This document shows, piece after piece, positions 39,362 through 49,637 of a stretch of DNA of 64,000 nt. The stretch's first letter is position 1; each line of letters starts with the position of its first letter. The notes beneath the pieces were generated by a model that saw nothing but the letters and a program-made list of their open reading frames with translations, made no database searches and was not told the origin of the DNA. A program made the position numbers and the translations under genes. The stretch is from Candidatus Hydrogenedentota bacterium. Its GTDB lineage: Bacteria; Hydrogenedentota; Hydrogenedentia; Hydrogenedentales; SLHB01. Where the stretch lies: NCBI GenBank assembly GCA_046540175.1, contig JBKHFO010000001.1, forward strand, positions 9,936-73,935, in the 5' to 3' direction.

Positions 39362-40449
39362 GGCTCGGCTATTTCGTCCAAGCGATCCTCAAGATCGGGT
39401 AAAGCATGATAGATAACATCACCCACCACCTGCAAGCTGTTTGCGCTCACCTTGTCCAACGAGTCTTCCTCGGTGTGCCAGTACTGCTGGTGGGTTTGCG
39501 GCGTGCCGCCATACATGAAATCGATAATTACCATGGCTGGTATGCCCACCCGGCGAAAGGGGATATGGTCATCCAGGATCATATGGCTTTCTTCAAGGAA
39601 GTACTCGCTGTATCCCAACTCGTGGGCCGTGTCCCAGATTATATCGTTGAGCCATGCGGGGGCGCCGGCGTCGCGCCGGATGGTGAGGACGCGATCGCCG
39701 ATCATATCGACGTTGATCATGACCTCAATGTCGTCAATTTCTCCCGTCTCCTGTAACTCGCCCACGAACGCCCGGCTGCCGTAGAGACTGTCGTCCTCGC
39801 TCCATTCCACGAACGCCTCTTCGCCGTCAAAAAAACACAGCCAAATGGTGCGGCCCTCCCGTTGCGGACCAAGAGCGCGGGCCATTTCGAGCATCCAAGC
39901 AGTCGTTGAACCCGCGTCGTTGGCTCCGACAAACCTGATGTCTTCGAAGTACTTGGTGTCGTAATGATTTCCCAGCACGATTATGCCGGGCTCGGTCCCT
40001 TCGATAACGCCCACGACATTGGCCATGTACCGGCGGCCAATGGGGGTCTCCGCCCAGAAATCCTGTTCGCGGACGGCGGCGCCGGCCTCCTCGAGTTCAC
40101 TCCGCAGCCACTTGCGCAATTCCGCAAGCGGTTCCGACCCTGGGGGACGGGGGCCGTAGCTGACCACGTGCTCGAGGTCGCGCATGGCCCGCTCGCCATC
40201 AAACGGGGAGAGTTTCCGCTCCACAGTGGAGCAACCGTTTTGCTCGTTTCCCGCGGCCGGCATTGAGGCGGCCTCCTCAGGCCCAGTGGACTCGACCGTG
40301 GTCTGTTCCAAGGTCTTGGACGTCAGCCATAAGAAAACGAAGGCGAGCACGCCCATCCCTACAATCATTTTGAGGGCCAATCGCCCATCACGGCGCCCCG
40401 CCGGATAGAGGGCGCGGCTTTTCTTCACATTTCGTTTACGATCCGTCAT
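39358..40449 (-). CDS. M28 family zinc peptidase (signal-anchor, aminopeptidase-like)
   Basis: N-terminal TM. VIVLGNHYDT, GANDAGSTTAWMLEMARAL, CFFDGEE, DHIPF motifs. Confidence 0.8.
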   Translation of the reverse strand: MTDRKRNVKKSRALYPAGRRDGRLALKMIVGMGVLAFVFLWLTSKTLEQTTVESTGPEEAASMPAAGNEQNGCSTVERKLSPFDGERAMRDLEHVVSYGPRPPGSEPLAELRKWLRSELEEAGAAVREQDFWAETPIGRRYMANVVGVIEGTEPGIIVLGNHYDTKYFEDIRFVGANDAGSTTAWMLEMARALGPQREGRTIWLCFFDGEEAFVEWSEDDSLYGSRAFVGELQETGEIDDIEVMINVDMIGDRVLTIRRDAGAPAWLNDIIWDTAHELGYSEYFLEESHMILDDHIPFRRVGIPAMVIIDFMYGGTPQTHQQYWHTEEDSLDKVSANSLQVVGDVIYHALPDLEDRLDEIAEP

Positions 40450-40527
40450 AATAGTCCCTGATTTGTTTTTTGGGGCCGGGCCGCTCGCGCCCGCCTTACC
40501 TGTTTCCCACAGCGAGACGCAATCGCC

Positions 40528-41568
40528 ATGACCTCTACTGCGGATTCCCTATTTACCCGAGCCTTGCACGGCCAACGCACGGCGCGTCCTCCCGTTTGGT
40601 TCATGCGCCAAGCGGGGCGAACCGACCCCGAGTATAACCGGTTGAAGGCCGAAAGTGGTATGAGGCTCGATTCGCTTTTCCGTCATCCCGAGATGGCGGC
40701 GCGCATTTCTCTGCTTCCCCGCCGCTTGGGTGTGGACGCCATCATCATGTTTCAGGACATCTTGACCCCTTTAACCCCCATGGGCGCGCCCTTTCGTTTT
40801 GCGCCCGGGCCGGTGTTGGACAAGCCTCCGCGTTCGGCCGCCGAGTTGGCCGCGTTGCACACGTACGACGTGATGGAGGAGCTGCCGTTTATTCCGCGCG
40901 CCATCGAATTGCTGCGGGAAGAACTCGAAGGCGCCTTGCCGGTGCTCGGGTTTGCTGGCGCCCCGTTTACCCTGGCGGCGTTTCTTGCGGAGGGCAAGAG
41001 TTTCAAGGCCGAGGCCCCGGCCCTGCGGGCGCTCATGGAAGAGAATCCCCAAGCGCTTCACCGGCTGCTGGACAAGCTTACCACCTTGACCACGCATTAT
41101 TTGGAGCTTCAGCGGCAGGCCGGGGTGGCGGCGCTGCAACTTTTTGAATCGGCTGCATTGCTGCTGAACCGCCGCGAGTATTGGGAATTCGCCTTACCCT
41201 ACCAGCGCCGTATTTTAGACGCTTTCAGCGGCCGTGTTCCAACGATTATCTTTGCCCGGGACTGGCCCTACCTCGCGGACTACGCGGAGGCGGGCGCGGA
41301 TGTGGTGAGCTTGCCCAGTTCGATTGACCTGGGGGAAGCCCGCGCGGCCTTGGGCCCCGGGTGCGTGCTGCAAGGCAATCTCGACAACCAATTGGTGGCG
41401 GAGGGTCCCCCAGCGCGCATCCGGCAAGCCGTGCGAGAATGCGTGGCGGCGGGTGAGCGCGAGGGGCACATCGTGAACTTGAATCACGGGTTGTTGCGGG
41501 ATACCCCATTTGAACACATCCAAACCGTCGTGGAGGAAGTCCACGCCGCGGCGGCGGGAATGGAGTGA
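40528..41568 (+). CDS. hemE: Uroporphyrinogen decarboxylase
   Basis: PPVWFMRQAGR N-terminal signature and URO-D length (346 aa). Confidence 0.9.
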   Translation: MTSTADSLFTRALHGQRTARPPVWFMRQAGRTDPEYNRLKAESGMRLDSLFRHPEMAARISLLPRRLGVDAIIMFQDILTPLTPMGAPFRFAPGPVLDKPPRSAAELAALHTYDVMEELPFIPRAIELLREELEGALPVLGFAGAPFTLAAFLAEGKSFKAEAPALRALMEENPQALHRLLDKLTTLTTHYLELQRQAGVAALQLFESAALLLNRREYWEFALPYQRRILDAFSGRVPTIIFARDWPYLADYAEAGADVVSLPSSIDLGEARAALGPGCVLQGNLDNQLVAEGPPARIRQAVRECVAAGEREGHIVNLNHGLLRDTPFEHIQTVVEEVHAAAAGME

Positions 41569-41574
41569 ACCTCA

Positions 41575-41706
41575 GCGACTTACGGAAGTCCCTTGGTCGA
41601 GGATGAATCTTGCTGAGAATTACTGGACAGTGCTCGAATTACTCGATATTGTAATCGCTTAAGGCAAGAAGGCGGACCTCTTCTCGACGTCTGCAAGCCG
41701 CTCAAC
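41575..41706. repeat. MITE-like 130-bp element, copy 2 (inverted relative to copy 1)
   Basis: Starts 7 nt after the hemE stop. Reverse complement is about 85% identical to 30199-30330. Confidence 0.55.
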
Positions 41707-41870
41707 CCGTATTGCAAGAAAGATGACGCGAATGCGACGGGCGGGCTAAAGGGCCATGGATGTGTTAAAATGGGGTAAGCGTTCCGGGAGGAATGGGTTG
41801 CAGCGGGTGGAGGCGGCATGGCAGTATACGGGCGCCGTTTAGTCCGGGACGGCGGGGGTAAGGGAAACAG

Positions 41871-41900
41871 TTGACACATTACCGCTTAGATTGTTACACT
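41871..41900 (+). promoter_or_regulatory. Sigma70-like promoter of clpX
   Basis: TTGACA (41871-41876), 18-nt spacer, TACACT. It lies 35 nt before the clpX ATG. Confidence 0.4.
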
Positions 41901-41934
41901 AGGTGCTTTTGGAACCGTTAAAAGGGAGGTTTGT

Positions 41935-43221
41935 ATGGCTTCTCACCGCACGCGCGGAGATGTCCCCACTTGCTCGTTTTGTGGCAAGCGCCACGATGAA
42001 GTCAATAAACTCATCGCCGGGCCGGACGTCAACATTTGCGACGAATGTGTGAGCCTCTGCGGCGAGATTGTCGCCGAGGATCGCGCCCGCAAAGGCGCGA
42101 AGCATGACATGAAGGTTCCCCGGCCCTACGAGATCAAGGAATTCCTTGATGACTATGTCGTTGGCCAAGAGAGAGCCAAACGGGTTCTGTCCGTGGGCGT
42201 GCATAACCACTACAAGCGCATTTCCGCCGGTGGTGAGATCGAAGGCGTGGAGCTGCAGAAGTCCAACGTGTTGCTTGTCGGCCCGACGGGATGCGGCAAG
42301 ACGTTGATGGCTCAGTGCCTGGCCAAACTCCTGGATGTGCCTTTTGCCGTTGTCGACGCCACCACGCTGACCGAGGCCGGTTACGTGGGAGATGATGTGG
42401 AGAATGTCATCCTGAAGCTGCTTCAGGCTTCCGACCATGACGCCAGCCGGGCCGAGATGGGCATCGTGTACATTGACGAGATCGACAAGGTCGCCCGTAA
42501 AGGCGACAGCCCCTCCATCACGCGTGACGTGTCGGGCGAGGGCGTGCAGCAGGCCCTGCTGAAACTTCTGGAAGGCACCGTGGCCAGTGTTCCCCCTCAG
42601 GGCGGCCGCAAGCATCCTCAACAAGAATGCGTCCAGGTCGACACCAAGGATATTCTGTTCATTTGCGGCGGCGCGTTCAACGGTCTTGAGCGCATCGTTG
42701 AGCAACGCACGCGGAAGACGGTGATCGGGTTCAATGCGGATGTGCAGTCCCGCCATTATCGGAACATTGGCCAACTCCTCGAATTGGTGGAGCCGGAAGA
42801 CCTCATAAAATACGGGATGATTCCCGAGTTCTCTGGCCGTCTTCCCGTGGTGGCCACCCTGCATGAGTTGGGCAAGGACGAATTGGTCCGTATTCTCACG
42901 GAGCCCAAGAACGCCCTTCTCCGGCAATTCGAGAAGCTGTTCGCCATCGAGAACGTGAAGCTTTCGTTCAAGGACGAGGCCATTGAAGCCATAGCCGAAC
43001 TCGCCATTGATAAAGACACGGGCGCCCGGGGGCTGCGGGCGATCATGGAGCAGTTCATGCTCAATATCATGTACGACATTCCCGCGCGCCATGATGTGCG
43101 GGAGTGTATCATTACCGAGGGCGTCATTCGGGAGAATGAAGATCCGATTCTGGTCTACGAGCACGAGTACGAACAGGCCCAGGACTCCAACGAGAGTACG
43201 AACAAGACGGCCTCCGCTTAA
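41935..43221 (+). CDS. clpX: ATP-dependent Clp protease ATP-binding subunit ClpX
   Basis: CSFCGK...CDEC zinc-binding N-domain, GPTGCGKT Walker A, and the IGF-loop region. Confidence 0.95.
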   Translation: MASHRTRGDVPTCSFCGKRHDEVNKLIAGPDVNICDECVSLCGEIVAEDRARKGAKHDMKVPRPYEIKEFLDDYVVGQERAKRVLSVGVHNHYKRISAGGEIEGVELQKSNVLLVGPTGCGKTLMAQCLAKLLDVPFAVVDATTLTEAGYVGDDVENVILKLLQASDHDASRAEMGIVYIDEIDKVARKGDSPSITRDVSGEGVQQALLKLLEGTVASVPPQGGRKHPQQECVQVDTKDILFICGGAFNGLERIVEQRTRKTVIGFNADVQSRHYRNIGQLLELVEPEDLIKYGMIPEFSGRLPVVATLHELGKDELVRILTEPKNALLRQFEKLFAIENVKLSFKDEAIEAIAELAIDKDTGARGLRAIMEQFMLNIMYDIPARHDVRECIITEGVIRENEDPILVYEHEYEQAQDSNESTNKTASA

Positions 43222-43264
43222 GGCCGGAAAACTAGCCGAGCGACTGTTGAGCGTTTCTTCGACC

Positions 43265-43300
43265 GCGCCGGAAAGGCAGATGCTTTTCCGGCGCGGTTTT
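43265..43300 (+). terminator. Rho-independent terminator after clpX
   Basis: GCGCCGGAAA-GGCAGATGC-TTTCCGGCGC stem followed by GGTTTT. Confidence 0.55.
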
Positions 43301-43360
43301 CACAAACCCAATGTATCCCGCCCGCTTCCCCGCATCGCTTTTTACTGATGGGTTGAATAG

Positions 43361-43586
43361 ACAGGATTTACATGAGTAACAAGATTATGAAGCGTTTTAA
43401 GACTTCTTGTTCAGTATAGCCAAGACTCAAAAACAGAGTGTTTCATATTCATTGTTAGGTGTTTACTGGACATGGATGTGATTGTGTGCCGAAAAGTAAT
43501 GGAACACTTTGTATCCCATTTGTTTTGGGGTGGCCTAGGCGCCATTTAGCTACCGTAAAATCATCTTGTTAATCATGTAAATCCTG
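43361..43586. repeat. AT-rich element about 225 bp long bounded by 25-bp inverted repeats, immediately upstream of lon
   Basis: ACAGGATTTACATGAGTAACAAGAT (43361-43385) and ATCTTGTTAATCATGTAAATCCTGT (43562-43586) match in 24 of 25 positions. The interior is about 35-40% GC against about 65% for the genome. Confidence 0.5.
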
Positions 43587-43598
43587 TTCATAAATACC

Positions 43599-46019
43599 GT
43601 GACGCGTCTTACGGAGACTATCGCGTTGGCAAGAAAGAAAAAGCAACATCCCCATCCCGAACTGGAAGCCCTGCCTCTGTTGCCGCTTAAGGACATGGTG
43701 ATCTTCCCGCGCATGGTGGTTCCCCTCATCGTGGGCCGTCCGCGCAGCATCGAAGCGGTAGAAGAAAGCCTGAGTTCGGAGCGTCCCCTGTTTTTGTGCC
43801 GGCAGCTGGAGGCCGAGACGCCGGATCCCGGGGCTGAGGAACTCAGCGCCTGCGGCGTTACCGCGGGGATTCTGCAAACGCACCGGATGCCCGACGGCGC
43901 GGTGAAGGTCGTGGTCGAAGGATTGGGCCGGGCGGCGTTGCATCAGGTTGAGAAGCTTCAGGGGCTTTCCATGGCCTATGTGCATGTCGAGGACACGCCG
44001 GCTGTGCCTGCCGACGACAAACACGTACGGGCTCAGGTCCAGCTCGCCTTGGAAAACCTAATGGAATACGCGCGGGTTACGCAACGCGTCGCGCCAGAAG
44101 TCGTGGCTTCGCTTCAGAATCTGGATGATCCCCGCGATATTGCCGACATGCTTCCCGCGCATCTTCCGCTCAACCCGCGTGAACGGCAGGCCCTGTTGGA
44201 TATCGCGGAGCCCGGTGAGCGCCTTGAGCAGGTGTCTTCTTATCTTATGCGCGAACTCGAGCTGCAAGAGATTGAGCAGAAAGTGCGGGATCGGGTTCGC
44301 GAACAAATGGAGCGCAGTCAGCGAGACCATTACTTGCATGAACAACTGCGGGCCATTCAACAGGAGCTAGGACAAGGCGACGAGAGTAGCGAGTTTGCCG
44401 AACTGCATAATCTTATTGTGGAAGCCGGTATGCCCTCAGACGTCGAAGCCAAGGCCTTGCGCGAACTTAACCGGTACGAGCGGATGCCTTCCATGAGTCC
44501 CGAAAGCACGCTTACCCGGAACTATTTGGAATGGCTTACCGAAGTGCCTTGGAAGAAACGAACCAAGGACAGCATTGATCTCGAACGGGCGCAACGCGTT
44601 CTGGACGAAGACCACTACGGTTTGGAAAAGGTGAAAGAGCGTATCCTTGAATTCCTCGCGGTGCGCAAACTCAGCAAGAGCAAACGGGGTCCCATCCTGT
44701 GCTTGGTGGGACCGCCAGGCGTGGGCAAAACCTCGCTGGGCCAGTCCGTCGCCCGGACCATGAACCGCCGTTTTGTCCGGGTGTCGTTGGGCGGAGTCCG
44801 GGACGAAGCGGAGATTCGGGGGCATCGCCGGACGTATGTGGGCGCCTTGCCGGGCCGGATCGTTCAGAGCATGAAACGGGTTGGCGTGAAGAACCCGGTG
44901 TTCATGTTGGATGAAATCGACAAGCTGACGGCCGATTTCCGGGGCGATCCTTCCTCGGCGTTGCTGGAAGTGTTGGATCCGGAACAGAACCAGAGCTTCA
45001 GCGACCATTACCTTGAGGTCGATTTCGATTTGCACGAAGTCTTCTTCATCACAACGGCCAACGACGAGTTCAATATCCCGCCCGCTTTGCATGACCGCCT
45101 TGAAGTAGTGCGTCTGCCCGGGTACAGCAGCCACGAAAAAGAGCGCATAGCGCAGTTCTTTCTTGTGCCGCGGCAACTCAAGGAAATGGGCCTTAAAGCG
45201 GACCAGCTCCAAATGACGGGCGAGGCGTTGAAGGTGCTCATTAACCGGTATACCCGCGAGGCAGGCGTACGAGAACTCGACCGCCGCATCGCCCAAGTGT
45301 GCCGGAAGGTGGCGCAAGAGGTGGTCGGCGAAGCCAAGGCGAAGGGCATTACCCACGCCAAGGCCATGCGCAATAGCCCCGGCATGACGGCGGAGCGTAT
45401 CGTGAGCCTGTTGGGGCCGGAGGAATACACCGAGCAGCGGACCGATCCCGAACCGCGGCCGGGCGTTGCGGTCGGCTTGGCGTGGACCGCTGCCGGCGGC
45501 GACATCCTCCACCTGGAAACGGGGGTGATGGAAGGCAAGGGGAAGTTGACGGTCACGGGCCATCTCGGCGACGTCATGAAGGAATCAGCGGAAGCCGCGT
45601 ACAGCTATCTGCGTACCCGGCGGGAGACGCTGGAGCTGTCCCCGAACTTTCATGCCGAAACCGATTTGCACGTGCATGTGCCCGAAGGCGCCATACCCAA
45701 GGATGGGCCTAGCGCGGGCGTCCCACTAGCTGTCTCCATGCTGTCGGCCCTGCGCCGCCGGCCTGTCCGCAAGGGCTTGGCCATGACCGGGGAAATCACG
45801 TTGCGCGGCCGGGTCTTGCCCGTGGGAGGAGTCAAGGAGAAGGTGTTGGCGGCTCACCGCGCGGGCATCAAGACAGTCATGTTGCCCTTGGAAAATGAGA
45901 AAGACCTCCGAGAGATTCCGGCCGAAGTAAAGGAAGAACTGGAGTTCCTCTTGGCCGATGACATGGCTGAGGTGCTGGCTGAAGCCTTTCCGGAGGCCGG
46001 CGAGGTCGAGGCGTCATGA
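43599..46019 (+). CDS. lon: ATP-dependent Lon protease
   Basis: [14 protein letters not shown]-domain, GPPGVGKTS, and PKDGPSAG with catalytic Ser. Alternative TTG start about 27 nt downstream, with GGAGA upstream. Confidence 0.95.
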   Translation: MTRLTETIALARKKKQHPHPELEALPLLPLKDMVIFPRMVVPLIVGRPRSIEAVEESLSSERPLFLCRQLEAETPDPGAEELSACGVTAGILQTHRMPDGAVKVVVEGLGRAALHQVEKLQGLSMAYVHVEDTPAVPADDKHVRAQVQLALENLMEYARVTQRVAPEVVASLQNLDDPRDIADMLPAHLPLNPRERQALLDIAEPGERLEQVSSYLMRELELQEIEQKVRDRVREQMERSQRDHYLHEQLRAIQQELGQGDESSEFAELHNLIVEAGMPSDVEAKALRELNRYERMPSMSPESTLTRNYLEWLTEVPWKKRTKDSIDLERAQRVLDEDHYGLEKVKERILEFLAVRKLSKSKRGPILCLVGPPGVGKTSLGQSVARTMNRRFVRVSLGGVRDEAEIRGHRRTYVGALPGRIVQSMKRVGVKNPVFMLDEIDKLTADFRGDPSSALLEVLDPEQNQSFSDHYLEVDFDLHEVFFITTANDEFNIPPALHDRLEVVRLPGYSSHEKERIAQFFLVPRQLKEMGLKADQLQMTGEALKVLINRYTREAGVRELDRRIAQVCRKVAQEVVGEAKAKGITHAKAMRNSPGMTAERIVSLLGPEEYTEQRTDPEPRPGVAVGLAWTAAGGDILHLETGVMEGKGKLTVTGHLGDVMKESAEAAYSYLRTRRETLELSPNFHAETDLHVHVPEGAIPKDGPSAGVPLAVSMLSALRRRPVRKGLAMTGEITLRGRVLPVGGVKEKVLAAHRAGIKTVMLPLENEKDLREIPAEVKEELEFLLADDMAEVLAEAFPEAGEVEAS

Positions 46020-46615
46020 AGATCCGGTCATGCGGGTTTGTGAAAAGTGTGTTGAACTTGAGCGATTGTCCACCGGAAGGGCGGCCGGAATTCGCCTTCG
46101 CCGGGCGCTCCAACGTGGGCAAATCCTCGTTGTTGAATACGCTGCTGAACAGGCGGGGGCTCGCCAAAACCAGCAAGACGCCCGGAAAGACCCGGACCCT
46201 CAATTTCTTCGATGTAAACGGGGAACTGTATCTCGTCGATTTGCCCGGCTACGGTTATGCCAAGGCCCCCAAGGCGCTCCAGGCCAACTGGGGCAAGGCG
46301 ATCACTACCTATCTGCGTGAACGGAAGTCCCTGCGGCTCGTGGTCCATCTCTTGGATGCCCGCCACGAACCTACCCAGCGCGATCACGAGCTGCTTGACA
46401 TGCTCGACGCGTTCGCCCGCCCCGTCGTGCTCGTGGCCACGAAAGTGGACAAGCTTAAACAGAAAGACCGGGCCACCCTGGAGAACCGCTTGCGCAAGAA
46501 TCTTGCTCTGGATGACTCCGCCCTCATCATTCCCTTTTCTTGCATGAGCGGCGAGGGCAAGGGCCCCCTTTGGGAAGTGCTCGAAAGCATGACGGCGGAG
46601 CCGCCGCCGCCGTAA
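46016..46615 (+). CDS. engB: Ribosome biogenesis GTP-binding protein YihA/EngB
   Basis: [12 protein letters not shown] (G1), DLPGYG (G3), TKVDK (G4). Start overlaps the lon stop (ATGA). Confidence 0.9.
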   Translation: MKIRSCGFVKSVLNLSDCPPEGRPEFAFAGRSNVGKSSLLNTLLNRRGLAKTSKTPGKTRTLNFFDVNGELYLVDLPGYGYAKAPKALQANWGKAITTYLRERKSLRLVVHLLDARHEPTQRDHELLDMLDAFARPVVLVATKVDKLKQKDRATLENRLRKNLALDDSALIIPFSCMSGEGKGPLWEVLESMTAEPPPP

Positions 46616-46715
46616 ACGTCATTCGAACGACGGTGACGCACCCCCATCATACAGCTCGCCCTGGAGCCCGTTAGCCGCGGACTCCAGGGCGAGTTCAGGA
46701 TGTATGTGCGAGCGC

Positions 46716-48209
46716 TTATTGCTCGGGGATGCTCAGACTCAGCACGGCAGTCTGTTGCCCGCCGCGGAGAATACGGACAAGCGTCGACGAGCCCGGCTGG
46801 GCGTGCTCACTTATCAGTTGGTCGTAATCGCCGGAGTTGTTGACCGGCTGCCGGGCGATTTCCAGGATGATATCGCCTCTCCGGATGCCCGCGTCATAAG
46901 CGGGGCTGTCGGGATCGACGCTGCTTACGACCACGCCCTCCTCCAGCTCAAACTCTGGCGCAAGGCGTTCGGCAAGCTCCGGCGGGATGTCTTCCACCTG
47001 AAGGCCTACGTGGTCCTCTTCGGGCGAGGCCTCGGCGACTTCATCGGGTCTCTCATAGACTTCAAGCTCCACGTCGACCTCAATGAGTTCCTCGTCGCGC
47101 CAGACCTCGAGGGTCACCGTTTCATCGGGCGGCAGGGCCGAGATGGTGCGAACCAAGTCGGTCGCGTCTTGAATCGATTCCCCATCGACACTGCGGATGA
47201 CGTCGTAGGTTTGAAGACCCGCGCGAGCCGCTGGCGTGTCTTCGCGCACGCGTTCCACAAAGGCTCCACGTTCGTCGGGCAAGTCCAAACCGGACGCCAG
47301 GTCGCCGGCATCGGTGATCTCGACCCCAAGATAGCCGCGTGTGACGAATCCTTCCTCGATCAGTTCAGGGATCACGTTGCGGGCTAGATTGATGGGAATG
47401 GCGAAGCCTATGTTCTCCGCGCCGAAGACAATGGCGGTATTGATGCCGATGACCTCGCCGTGGATATTCACAAGGGGGCCTCCGCTATTGCCCAAGTTGA
47501 TGGCCGCGTCGGTCTGGATGAAGTTTTGAAAGCGCAAGTCTGGGTCGGGCAGCATCAATTCGTCGCGGCCCAACGCGCTTATGTGGCCGAAGGAAACCGA
47601 CCCTTCCAGGCCTTGCGGGCTTCCCACGGCAACCGCGAACTGTCCCACCTCAAGGGTTTCGGAGTCGCCAAGCGTGACCGGCGACAGTTCTTCCTCCGGT
47701 GCGTCGATCTTGATCACGGCCACATCCGTGTCCGGGTCGCCGCCCACCACCGTGGCGTCGTACTCGTTTCCGTTGTTCAAGCGCACGGTGATGCTTTCGG
47801 CGTTGCGGATCACATGGTTATTGGTGATGATATGGCCTTCTTCATCGTAGATGAAGCCGGAGCCCGTGGCGGGCACCCGGGGGGGTTGGGGTTCCTGTTG
47901 TGGACCAGGCCCCTGTGGACCAGGCCCCATTTCATCCCGGGGAACGCCGAAGAACCGGAACAGGTCTTCGAACATCTCCATGTCCGGCATACCATCCGGC
48001 ATGCCATCGGGCATGCCGCCGCCAGGTGCTTCAAGTTCGCGGTCGGCCTCGATGTTCACTACACTGGGCCGTACCTCTTGGCCCAACTGGACAAAGGCGC
48101 TCTCGAATTCTTCCAGCAATTCAGAGTCCAACGCGTGCGCTGGAGTGATGCCTGGGGCCAACAGGGCCGCCGCGCAAAAAACTCCGATACCAATCGACCA
48201 CTTTCTCAT
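46716..48209 (-). CDS. htrA: HtrA/DegP-family periplasmic serine protease with two PDZ domains
   Basis: Signal MRKWSIGIGVFCAAALLAPG. HVI (His), D, GNSGGPLVN (Ser) triad. Two PDZ-like segments. AAAGGAG sits 7 nt upstream. Confidence 0.9.
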   Translation of the reverse strand: MRKWSIGIGVFCAAALLAPGITPAHALDSELLEEFESAFVQLGQEVRPSVVNIEADRELEAPGGGMPDGMPDGMPDMEMFEDLFRFFGVPRDEMGPGPQGPGPQQEPQPPRVPATGSGFIYDEEGHIITNNHVIRNAESITVRLNNGNEYDATVVGGDPDTDVAVIKIDAPEEELSPVTLGDSETLEVGQFAVAVGSPQGLEGSVSFGHISALGRDELMLPDPDLRFQNFIQTDAAINLGNSGGPLVNIHGEVIGINTAIVFGAENIGFAIPINLARNVIPELIEEGFVTRGYLGVEITDAGDLASGLDLPDERGAFVERVREDTPAARAGLQTYDVIRSVDGESIQDATDLVRTISALPPDETVTLEVWRDEELIEVDVELEVYERPDEVAEASPEEDHVGLQVEDIPPELAERLAPEFELEEGVVVSSVDPDSPAYDAGIRRGDIILEIARQPVNNSGDYDQLISEHAQPGSSTLVRILRGGQQTAVLSLSIPEQ

Positions 48210-48560
48210 AGTGTTGCTCCTTTCGTTTCCACCGCCGATGGGCGGTGCATGGCTTGGTGGAGGCGCATCCATACGCGCTCCATTTCCTCGCTTGATGGTG
48301 CCTTGCGTCCTTCGCAAAACACATGGAACGAATCTAGCACCTGGCGCGCATCCATTACGATCCGCGCCATGGCGATATCGCACCTCAACCCTGTCAAGGC
48401 TTGGGATGCGTGATACCTTAGCCCCGCTCGATCCCCGCTTTCGATATCAATGAATGTGCGGGACCGCGACTTGTTGTTAGCAAATTGGATGCGAGTTCGC
48501 ATGGGGACCCTGAGTTGCCGGAGGGCGAACAACCGCCGCCTCACCTGTTCGATGTAGGGC
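48206..48560 (-). pseudogene. Diverged duplicate of the glnD 3' end (C-terminal ACT domain fragment)
   Basis: KPYIEQVRRRLFALRQLRVPMRTRIQFANNKSRSRTFIDIESGDRAGLRYH...HRPSAVETKGATL is about 75% identical to the last roughly 118 aa of the full glnD (49637-49990). No N-terminal domains. Its stop overlaps the htrA ATG (ATGA). Confidence 0.6.
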
Positions 48561-48644
48561 TTCGCTTCCGCGCTGTGAACAAACCCTGCCCACAGGATTC
48601 GTCTGTGATTTCGCATCCGCACGTCAAAAACCTCTTGCTGTGCT

Positions 48645-49637
48645 CTATTGGCTTTCCAGCAACCCCACCATAGCCTCACCCATGCCTTCTCCGATGAGAT
48701 AGAAGGTTTCCCAGTTGCGGAGCCAGTGGAAGTCTTGCGCAGAAGGAGATTCCTCTTCGCTTCTCTGAAAATCGCGAGTCTCAACGCCGGCGACATTGCC
48801 TTTGAATTCAGGGTATTCTTCGGGGTCGGAAAGCGCTAACTGGGCGTCCATCAGTTTCTCGACCCTCTCCTTATAGGGGGCGTCGCCGGGAATCGTCCAG
48901 CCGCCCATCCCTGTATTCGCAATGACGAAGGGAAGATCCGGGACGCCGAGATCCGCGCGGATATCCTTGACGAAGTTCTCCATGTTCTTTTCGTACGCAT
49001 CCACCGCGGCCTGATCGATGCGGTCGTTCCAGCCTTGGTGCCAGCCGAACCCCACGATCTCGTATCCCTCACCGTCGTAGTCTGGATAGTACTGCTTCAA
49101 GTCACCGGTAATCTCTTCGACCTGCCTCAGAATCTCCGCGTAGTGGAATCCCTTATCACCGTCTTCTTCGGGTTCGGGATATGCTTCGGAGCTTGGGGAC
49201 AGGAAGTCATGATAAAGTGATCTACCGCCCCACGCCGCCTTGATGATCAGCACGGGGTCTTCATAATAGTCTCCGACAGTGAACCCGAAACCATATTCGG
49301 GGCCGATGTGATCTTCGGAGGCTCCGTAACCGGTCGTAAGCCAGCCCTTTTGGTCCATGTTGTACACGATCCAGACATCGTCGCGGACAACCGGTTCGTC
49401 ATTCGCGTCCAGCAGATGGCCATACGCGCCGGGTTTCTCTTCGAGATACCACTCCATCGTTCCAGGACCGTTCTCGAGCTGGCCGAAACCAACCATGTTC
49501 GACTGCCCCGAGAGGATGAATATCTTCAACGCGCCATCGGCGGAACGGCCCTCTTGCTCTTCCGAGGCAGAACCGGCAGGCATGCATACCATCAACACCG
49601 ACGCTGCAACGACCATCATCCTGCATACTGTATTCAT
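48645..49637 (-). CDS. Secreted SGNH/DUF303 sialate O-acetylesterase-like carbohydrate esterase
   Basis: Signal peptide. FILSGQSNMVGFG motif. Lower GC (about 56%) than the surroundings. ATG overlaps the glnD stop (TAATG). Confidence 0.8.
   Translation of the reverse strand: MNTVCRMMVVAASVLMVCMPAGSASEEQEGRSADGALKIFILSGQSNMVGFGQLENGPGTMEWYLEEKPGAYGHLLDANDEPVVRDDVWIVYNMDQKGWLTTGYGASEDHIGPEYGFGFTVGDYYEDPVLIIKAAWGGRSLYHDFLSPSSEAYPEPEEDGDKGFHYAEILRQVEEITGDLKQYYPDYDGEGYEIVGFGWHQGWNDRIDQAAVDAYEKNMENFVKDIRADLGVPDLPFVIANTGMGGWTIPGDAPYKERVEKLMDAQLALSDPEEYPEFKGNVAGVETRDFQRSEEESPSAQDFHWLRNWETFYLIGEGMGEAMVGLLESQ

Noticed and set aside
41899-43164. 421-aa minus-strand ORF antisense to clpX
   Set aside because: clpX on the plus strand is unambiguous. 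The antisense ORF is a GC artefact.
44436-45563. 375-aa minus-strand ORF antisense to lon
   Set aside because: Same reasoning. lon motifs occupy the plus strand.
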